NCBI GenBank assembly: GCA_965203175.1
Contig: OZ241867.1
Location: forward strand, 5,504,001-5,568,000
Source: Candidatus Latescibacterota bacterium
GTDB taxonomy: Bacteria; Latescibacterota; UBA2968; UBA8231
Length of the DNA stretch: 64,000 nucleotides
Direction: 5' to 3'
Shown: piece after piece, positions 57,688 to 64,000 of the stretch
Layout: each line of letters opens with the position of its first letter
How positions within the stretch are numbered: the stretch's first letter is position 1
Position numbers and translations under genes: made by a program
Notes under the pieces: generated by a model
What the model was told of the DNA's origin: nothing
What the model saw: only the letters and a program-made list of their open reading frames with translations
Database searches by the model: none

Positions 57688-59232
57688 CTATATGTAATGT
57701 CTAAACGGTAAGGGCGGCAGATCGGGAACAGGTGCAGCAGTAAGAATTTCTCCTACAGCATCAGCAAATTTGAGTGTAACAGGTTGTCCGTCTGCGAACT
57801 GGCAGGTGTTGAAGTTGATCTTGGTTAGGCCCATCACATCCGTCATAACCCTGAGCAGATCCGCATCGCCTCTGTGGATTTCGATTAGAAGAGGATTGGG
57901 CACCTCCCAACCAGGATAGGTGTCGAGTCGAGGTATAAAACCCTTGGTCCAAAGGTATCCTCTCCCTCTTGTTGAAAGGTATGCAGTGCCACGCAGGACG
58001 GGCATTTTACCTGATCTATATAGCTTCAACTCACTGGTTGAGCGAATACGCACCCCGACTAGGTCGGTCTCTTTTGGGACAACGGATTTGAAACCTTCCC
58101 ACTCATCGTCGTTAAATCGCGTTTTGCCGTGAATAAAAAGCTCAGTAGGTGGCTTTCCGTGAAGGTTTAGATATGACCCCACCACTAGACTCATCAACTC
58201 GGAGGCTTTCTCTTTACTAAGGTGAAATTCGTGCGTATCCTTCGAGTACCAAGGGCCGACTGCACCTCGAAAAACAACGCCATCGCCCGAGTCCAAAAAC
58301 ATTTGGGCTCCGCAACAAGCATTGCCAGCGATTATGTCGGTACCGTCCATCTTGTAAACCAATCCTACGTAGCAGACCCCCGGGCGGACCGACGCCAGTT
58401 TCCATGGTTTGCCACTGGCCTTGAAGAATGCTGTTGTACAGAGATTCCAAGCGACTGTGGCAGGATCTTCAGGTTCACGGATGAGGCGGCCATCTTGAGT
58501 GAATCGGTGAGGTGTAAGTGTCGTGTCGCGTACAATCTGAAGGACAGCCCCTATACCTAAAAGGCGAGCTTTCATTTGGTGGTGAAAATTAAGCTCGTAG
58601 CGGTAAATTTCTGCGGCTTTCCGGTCTTCGGGAAAAAGCGAACCTTTACGGAGAATTCGACGTCCGTCCCTAGGTTCGAAAGGCTGATTTCCCTTAATGC
58701 GCTCTTCCTTCGGTACAACTGACTTAGGTCGCCCATATCGGTAAACCTCTTCCGGTATGATAACGAACCACATGGTAGGCGGTGCTTCGTCTTGGCGTAA
58801 ATGCCTGCGTATCGGCTCCTCAAAAAGCTCGACAGTCTTGTATATTGCTTCATGCCTATCAGTGATCCGAATCGAATCACGAACGTCATTTTCCAAGACA
58901 GTTAATTCGACTAGAGGATTTTCTGGCCACTGAGTGCCAAAAACTGCTTGGAATCCAGGCCAACCAGTGTGGTGGGGTTCATTCGGGGTCTTGGGTGGAA
59001 TATAGCGTCGAATACTTTCTACCCATTCACGAAAACAGCTCAAACCGTTCGGTGTCCCAATGACGCCGATACGCATTTCGGCAGGATTAGCTCTGTCATC
59101 CAAGGGTCCGAACAGAAAAAGCCCATCCTTCGGATGTTCCAATTCCTGACCGTAGCGGAAGCCTAATTGTGGCTCTTCGATGTGTTTGAGTGGAGAGTTT
59201 TCATACCGCCTCTCCGTATTTGTCGTCTTCAT
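57688..59232 (-). CDS. Short prokaryotic Argonaute (MID-PIWI), SPARTA type
   Basis: HIEEP.L.F..GQ....P.DGL.LFGP, FHHQ.KARLL, WNL....F.KA..KPW.L...RPGVCY.GLVYK, CCGAQMFLDSGDG.VFRG, FIHG, LTK.N.N.C...DG.PVTL.FA, and C-terminal PPLPF.HYI. Start codon uncertain. Confidence 0.93.
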   Translation of the reverse strand: MKTTNTERRYENSPLKHIEEPQLGFRYGQELEHPKDGLFLFGPLDDRANPAEMRIGVIGTPNGLSCFREWVESIRRYIPPKTPNEPHHTGWPGFQAVFGTQWPENPLVELTVLENDVRDSIRITDRHEAIYKTVELFEEPIRRHLRQDEAPPTMWFVIIPEEVYRYGRPKSVVPKEERIKGNQPFEPRDGRRILRKGSLFPEDRKAAEIYRYELNFHHQMKARLLGIGAVLQIVRDTTLTPHRFTQDGRLIREPEDPATVAWNLCTTAFFKASGKPWKLASVRPGVCYVGLVYKMDGTDIIAGNACCGAQMFLDSGDGVVFRGAVGPWYSKDTHEFHLSKEKASELMSLVVGSYLNLHGKPPTELFIHGKTRFNDDEWEGFKSVVPKETDLVGVRIRSTSELKLYRSGKMPVLRGTAYLSTRGRGYLWTKGFIPRLDTYPGWEVPNPLLIEIHRGDADLLRVMTDVMGLTKINFNTCQFADGQPVTLKFADAVGEILTAAPVPDLPPLPFRHYI

Positions 59233-60637
59233 TGTCAAGTAAGTCGTCAAAATCCCTTCCATCCAAGGCACTATCGAAATTATCCAGAGCGTCAGCCTCT
59301 GTTTCATCTTCTACATGGTCTTCTTCGGCTGTGGACACTGAGCCATTCTCAACAATAGACAAAGGAGCCTCAAAGCCCATCGGAGAAGCAGCTATTGTCG
59401 CCACGGCGTCACCGCCTAGAGATAGGGAGAATTCTTCTTTGCCGTTCGCTAGGTCAGCTACAAAAGCGCGAAGCAAGTCGCGCCAACGATCATTCCACCA
59501 ATTCTTACAGAAGCTCTTTCGTAGGCGATCAGCACTAGATTGGCTATCGAGCGGCGTCTTTCCATCTTGGGTGAAGACGACGTGGGTGCGCAAGGCAAGA
59601 TGCCGTGGGTCAGCTATGCTGATCTTGCCTGATACCGCAAAGTGCCAATGGACGCCTCTTGTTTCGCTTCGACCAACTAGCCGCCGTCGCCGTTTCTTGC
59701 CGTTCTCATCTTGAAAAGTGGCAATGTTCCCTTCGATCATATCGAGAGGGACGAACCACGCGCTGCCGTGTGCAAATTCACAAAGCAATAGACCCTGATT
59801 CCGTGCGAATTGCTCCCATGCTTGGCGTAGAAGTCTAGTTACTATGTTTCGAGCATCGCGCCACGAGACTTGTGGCCTGTTGTTCTTCTGACCATCGAGA
59901 AACTGTGTCAATGGAACACGATAAGCGTGTTCAAGTGGAATATCGGGAGTCTCCATTTGAAGCGTATCCGCATTAGCAAAGCTGACGGCCAGCCGCATAT
60001 ACGGGGCTGTGGGGCTTTGAAATTCATTAAACGCACGCTCCATGGCCTCCTGTGACGCATTGAAACGAGAAAAATAGATATGAGACGGTAGAGAACTGAT
60101 TTGGAACCAGTTAGAAAATATTGGCTCCGGTGTATCAGAGACGGAGGCGCTTTGCCGCAGCTTAAACTTTTGCCAAGAAGCCAAGGCTTCTCCGAAATCA
60201 CTAGTCGATTGCGGAATCTGGATATCCTTGAGAGTCTCCAGAAGTGTGCTGAATCCGTCCGCCCAGTTAGGAGAGAAGTCTATGGCGTTTAGGCGAATCA
60301 ACTGTTCGGGGAAGTCCGAGAACGGAAGATCATCAAGGCGGATAGGTATGACGAATTGTTGTTTGTTGAGTCGCCGACCTGTGTTTACAGCAAGAGCAAT
60401 TTCGTCAAGAACGCCATCTTTCTGATAAGAATCACGGGATAAGGCAACGATGACGGTGGCGGCTTCTTCCTTAATCGCGTCACCAATATCTCTCCAGAAT
60501 GTCTCGCCGCCGAGTAGGGTAAGGACATCTGCCCAGACTTCATAGCCAGCGGCGGTTAACCGTGTACCTAGCCAAGAGGCAAACTCGTTATCCTCGGGAT
60601 TAGCGTGGCTGATGAAGATAAGGTTACGTTCCTTCAT
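59201..60637 (-). CDS. TIR-APAZ effector of SPARTA (putative NAD(P)ase)
   Basis: N-terminal TIR domain (IFISHA.PED..F..WL...L...GY.VW.D, GVL.E with Glu79), APAZ motifs SNWF and KNWWNDRWRD, and an acidic tail. Confidence 0.93.
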   Translation of the reverse strand: MKERNLIFISHANPEDNEFASWLGTRLTAAGYEVWADVLTLLGGETFWRDIGDAIKEEAATVIVALSRDSYQKDGVLDEIALAVNTGRRLNKQQFVIPIRLDDLPFSDFPEQLIRLNAIDFSPNWADGFSTLLETLKDIQIPQSTSDFGEALASWQKFKLRQSASVSDTPEPIFSNWFQISSLPSHIYFSRFNASQEAMERAFNEFQSPTAPYMRLAVSFANADTLQMETPDIPLEHAYRVPLTQFLDGQKNNRPQVSWRDARNIVTRLLRQAWEQFARNQGLLLCEFAHGSAWFVPLDMIEGNIATFQDENGKKRRRRLVGRSETRGVHWHFAVSGKISIADPRHLALRTHVVFTQDGKTPLDSQSSADRLRKSFCKNWWNDRWRDLLRAFVADLANGKEEFSLSLGGDAVATIAASPMGFEAPLSIVENGSVSTAEEDHVEDETEADALDNFDSALDGRDFDDLLDNEDDKYGEAV

Positions 60638-60650
60638 ATCGACTCAGCGG

Positions 60651-61808
60651 CTAACTCGCACCCCGGCCCAAGCGGCAATCTTCGGCGGCGAGCCACTCCG
60701 CATACGGGCGCGGCATAGGGCTAGGCAAGCCCAAGCCGTGTTCCTCGCGCCAGCGCAATAGTGGGTGCTCGCGGTCTGCTTGCGGCAAAGCCACGCGCTT
60801 CCCACGCGCCCCCGACTCGAAAATCCCCATCAATATCTCCAGCACGTGGCGACCGGCCTCGCCCGAACACTCGTGCGCGCGGCCCTCGTCGAGCGCCTTC
60901 ACGTACTCGTCGGTGAACTGATAGTCCTCCACAGCAGCCGGGCCCGCCGGGTCGTAGTGTTCGGGCACTATGGGGTCGAGCGGCTGCCACTCGGATTGGC
61001 CAGGGGCAAAGTGCGGCGTGGACAAAAACCACGGCGCACCGCTCTTCCAGTAGAGCCGCCCCTCGGTGCCGTAGATCTCGATCATATAAGCCGTTGAATC
61101 CACCTTGGGAAAGCGGTGCTGCAAGAGCGTACCCGAAATCCCACATGCAAAGGCAAGGGCCGCAGTGACGTGCTCACCGGCAATGTAGCCCATGCCGCTC
61201 GGCGACGGCACCACATCCTCGGGCGTGATCGGTCGGCCATCGGTCAGGGCCACGGCTTGCACGCTCTGCACCGGCCCAACCACGCCGAGCATGGCATTGA
61301 GCGAGTGCGTGGCGATATTCATCAGGCCATAGCCTCCGTAGTAGCCCTTACCGCTGCCCTGCACATAGCGCAACTCGCCAATCCGGCCCTCGGCAATCGC
61401 CGCTTTGACCGCTTGCAGTGCACCGCCGCTGCGCCCTTGGTGATGCACGGCCACTTGCACCCCTTTCTCCGCGGCTTTGGCCAACACTTCATCGGCCTCG
61501 GCCAAGGTAATGCAAATCGGCTTCTCAATGTCGATGTGGACTCCGTACTCCAACACTCGCATAGCCAGCGGATAGTGGAACTCAGTGCCCGTGGGAATGG
61601 CGACAATGTCCGGGGCCTCGGCCTCGATCATCCGGTCGAGGTCGTCGTAGCGAGCCGCAACCCCCAACTCGTCGCCGAGGTTCGCCAACCGCTCGGGCAC
61701 AAGATCGCACAGAGCCACAACCTCGGTGCGGGGATGCTGATGGTACGCGCGGGCCGCGGCCGTGCCTCGGCCGCGGCAGCCCAAAATGGCAATTCGGTAT
61801 TGTTGCAT
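60651..61808 (-). CDS. Gfo/Idh/MocA oxidoreductase
   Basis: Motifs IAILGC.GRG, IEKP, G.IG and LMN..TH. AAGGAG RBS. Confidence 0.85.
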   Translation of the reverse strand: MQQYRIAILGCRGRGTAAARAYHQHPRTEVVALCDLVPERLANLGDELGVAARYDDLDRMIEAEAPDIVAIPTGTEFHYPLAMRVLEYGVHIDIEKPICITLAEADEVLAKAAEKGVQVAVHHQGRSGGALQAVKAAIAEGRIGELRYVQGSGKGYYGGYGLMNIATHSLNAMLGVVGPVQSVQAVALTDGRPITPEDVVPSPSGMGYIAGEHVTAALAFACGISGTLLQHRFPKVDSTAYMIEIYGTEGRLYWKSGAPWFLSTPHFAPGQSEWQPLDPIVPEHYDPAGPAAVEDYQFTDEYVKALDEGRAHECSGEAGRHVLEILMGIFESGARGKRVALPQADREHPLLRWREEHGLGLPSPMPRPYAEWLAAEDCRLGRGAS

Positions 61809-61854
61809 GGTGCTATCTCCTTGCGACGCCAATGCTGGCGTCGGACTGATTGAG

Positions 61855-62529
61855 TTACTTTTGATCGATTAACTCGGCCTTTTTCCAATACGCTGCAAGG
61901 TGCTTGCGCAGCCACGTCAGCGGCGCAAAGCGCAGCGCATTAAAGCCCCCCCAAGACCAGCGCAACGGCCACTCTTTCCGGCCAGTGAGCCATTGAAAAA
62001 GCCGTTTGCGCTCCGCGCCCGCCAACTCCACCTCGGCGCTGAGCCGCGCCAATTCGCGGTCGTACGTCCCCTCCATGATCATGCGGGCGTGCCGCGCGAC
62101 CTTTTCCGGCTCCAGCACGGCCACCCGTGGACACACCATGCCAGCCTCGCGCCGCACAAAGGCGCGAATTTGCGCCGACGGAAAATCGCCTTGATGCGCA
62201 ATAGCTTGGCGGGCGATCGAAACCGGATTCATCGCCCCGTACGTGCGGCAGATCAGCGGGCGCACCGGATAAATAGTACAGCTATGGTCCGCGCCGAGAA
62301 AGGGACAGCGGCGCGGCCGCTCCTCAGTAAAGCTCAGCAGCTCTTGGCGACGCTGTGGGGAAAAGTGCTTCTCCACATAGGCGACGATGTGGACGTATTC
62401 GGCTCGGTAGAGCGGGAACATGGTGGCGTAATAGTTGTCGAACTCCTCTTCCGTGAGCGCACAGCAGTCGCCCGTACCAGCGCACCGCGTCGCCGGAACT
62501 TGATCGTAGAGTACCTCTAGATCGCGCAT
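61855..62529 (-). CDS. YkgJ-family cysteine-cluster protein
   Basis: Motifs C..TG.CC and CPFL.....C.IY..RPLICR.YG. Confidence 0.85.
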   Translation of the reverse strand: MRDLEVLYDQVPATRCAGTGDCCALTEEEFDNYYATMFPLYRAEYVHIVAYVEKHFSPQRRQELLSFTEERPRRCPFLGADHSCTIYPVRPLICRTYGAMNPVSIARQAIAHQGDFPSAQIRAFVRREAGMVCPRVAVLEPEKVARHARMIMEGTYDRELARLSAEVELAGAERKRLFQWLTGRKEWPLRWSWGGFNALRFAPLTWLRKHLAAYWKKAELIDQK

Positions 62530-62547
62530 AACTCCTCCTGTTGTAAT

Positions 62548-63834
62548 CTAGCGCACCTTCGCTATCAACGCCGCGGCCCGCTGCCGTATCAGCGACTCGC
62601 TCTCCGGCGCGATCATCTGCACGCTCGGATAGAACTTGTAGGCTAGGTCGATCTCGTAGCCGCCGCGCGCGTACTCGTCGGCCGTGGGCACGTAGCCAAT
62701 GCAGCCATTGGCAAAGCCGCACAAGACGGCTGGCCCATGCGCGGCCTCCAAGTCGAGCTGATAGCGGGCAAAAAGCTCGCCCTCCACGCCCAAGAGCACC
62801 AGTTCGCCAAGGGCCAACGCCTGTATCTCAAAGGGCTGGACCCGAGCGCGCTCCGAGCCAGCCCGCACCCATTTGCACATAGCCATAGCCCATTCAAACT
62901 GCGCCTTGGCTACCTCGCTGCCCCGCGCCAAACGAGTCCGCAGGTGCCATTTGAGTTTCTCAACCTCAGCGCGCCAGCGCGTCGGCGGAGGTTGCAGCGG
63001 CAAGTCCAACCGCTCGTGCGCCCAGCTTATCGATGAAGTCTCCAAAGGCGCGGTCGCATCCCGCCCCTCCAGCACGGCCCGACCCAACTCCTGCCCCAAC
63101 TCCTCGACGTCGGCAAATGATCCGCTGGTTATTCGCGGGTTGACATCGCCGCAGGCACCGTTGATAAAGAGTGCTTTATCAACGGTCTGCTCCTCGATGT
63201 GGCGCACCGCCGCACCCGCAAAGTCGCCGCTGATCTGGAGGTTGTCGTGGCCCAAGATCACCGGATGACAGGTGTGGTTGAAGAGCGTAACCCCTGTGCC
63301 ATCGGTAGTGACAAAGCGCAGTACGTGCGCGTAGGGCACGACCGGACCGGCGGGATTTTGCCCGATCCGCGTGCCCTGGGGGTGTGGCTCGCGGCGATTG
63401 ATGCCTATCTGCACCGGAGGACGAGCATAGTACAGGCGGCCCGGTCGGCTGTCGGCAGCAGCAGCTACCACCGCCTCGACCACGGCGTCCGCAACTTGCT
63501 CCAAGTAGTAGTAGTCGATGCGACCCATGCCTCGGAAAGGGAAGGTCAACGGACCGGCGTGGGTGTGGGAGGCACAGACCATGATGGCCGCGTCTTCAAT
63601 GCCAGTAGCGCGCCTTATCTTCTCCCGAATCCCCCGCACGGCGTCCGCGTCCAACCCCACCAAATCGACGGCGACAAGAGCGACCCGCGCCGCATCTTGG
63701 CCACAGACGAGGGCCTTGGCCATGAGGCGATCGCGGATGTGCGTGGCTCCGGACCGCCGCCCCCAGTACCCGCCCATTGCAATGCCGACCGGCGGCGTGA
63801 TGTCAGCGGCCGCCGCGCCAAAGTGCAAGGTCAC
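62548..63834 (-). CDS. Neutral-ceramidase-like amidohydrolase
   Basis: Motifs G....DITP..G..MGGY, ASHTHAGP, .NRR, CHP, SGD..G, GACGD.NP, GE.F and GY.PT......GGYE. Confidence 0.8.
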   Translation of the reverse strand: MTLHFGAAAADITPPVGIAMGGYWGRRSGATHIRDRLMAKALVCGQDAARVALVAVDLVGLDADAVRGIREKIRRATGIEDAAIMVCASHTHAGPLTFPFRGMGRIDYYYLEQVADAVVEAVVAAAADSRPGRLYYARPPVQIGINRREPHPQGTRIGQNPAGPVVPYAHVLRFVTTDGTGVTLFNHTCHPVILGHDNLQISGDFAGAAVRHIEEQTVDKALFINGACGDVNPRITSGSFADVEELGQELGRAVLEGRDATAPLETSSISWAHERLDLPLQPPPTRWRAEVEKLKWHLRTRLARGSEVAKAQFEWAMAMCKWVRAGSERARVQPFEIQALALGELVLLGVEGELFARYQLDLEAAHGPAVLCGFANGCIGYVPTADEYARGGYEIDLAYKFYPSVQMIAPESESLIRQRAAALIAKVR

Positions 63835-63998
63835 TGCTGCGGTACCTCTCTCCAGTTGGCAGGTAGAACGACGAGCGGGGTGCCCGGGCTGCAGGCATTG
63901 TACAGAGCGCGCAAATCAGCGACTCCAATTTGCAGGTCCATAGCACTTGGTCGGTGCCACGCCGGACTGGCGTAGATCAGCAGCCCGCTCGCGAAATA
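63831..63998 (-). CDS. 3' end of unknown gene running off the window
   Basis: Open frame ending ...NWREVPQQ*, with its TGA overlapping the next GTG start. Confidence 0.45.
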   Translation of the reverse strand, partial: YFASGLLIYASPAWHRPSAMDLQIGVADLRALYNACSPGTPLVVLPANWREVPQQ

Positions 63999-64000
63999 CA

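Noticed and set aside
59233-59307. N-terminal extension of pAgo given by the ORF track (539 aa)
   Set aside because: It lies within the TIR-APAZ acidic-tail coding sequence, upstream of where short-pAgo similarity begins.
1-64000. CRISPR array, tRNA/rRNA genes, IS elements
   Set aside because: I found no regularly spaced repeat-spacer run, cloverleaf, rRNA-like tract, transposase ORF or terminal inverted-repeat pair by eye.

Overview
GC-rich bacterial chromosomal window, with no rRNA, tRNA, CRISPR array, integrase or transposase recognisable. The gene content suggests an FCB-related lineage such as Latescibacterota (inference only): several PhyH dioxygenases, Gfo/Idh/MocA oxidoreductases, BNR/propeller proteins, FlgD-Ig/T9SS-like C-termini and many toxin-antitoxin (TA) modules. 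(1) 1.5-17 kb is a tandem array of two alternating secreted protein families, A (~670 aa) and B (~780 aa), in the order A-B, A-B, A-(38-aa chimeric B remnant)-A-B. Both families have a conserved scaffold, variable loops in discoidin-like domains and a TPNGDG...xAY C-terminal domain. A recent ~2.23 kb duplication with a readable microhomology junction is included. This array is the best candidate for an undescribed system. (2) Several accessory blocks are bounded by short direct repeats: a Fic gene between perfect 21-bp repeats, a promoter region recurring near 45.4, 50.1 and 55.5 kb, and a hicB-derived scar. (3) A SPARTA-type defence pair (TIR-APAZ plus short prokaryotic Argonaute) lies at 57.7-60.6 kb, with an ambiguous pAgo start. 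(4) Also present: a di-heme protein/porin/Rieske operon behind a DtxR-like palindrome, an ECF sigma/anti-sigma/mini-secretin-like operon, exbB-exbD-exbD without tonB, two hicAB pairs and an AbrB-Doc pair. All calls come from motif recognition by eye; no searches were run.
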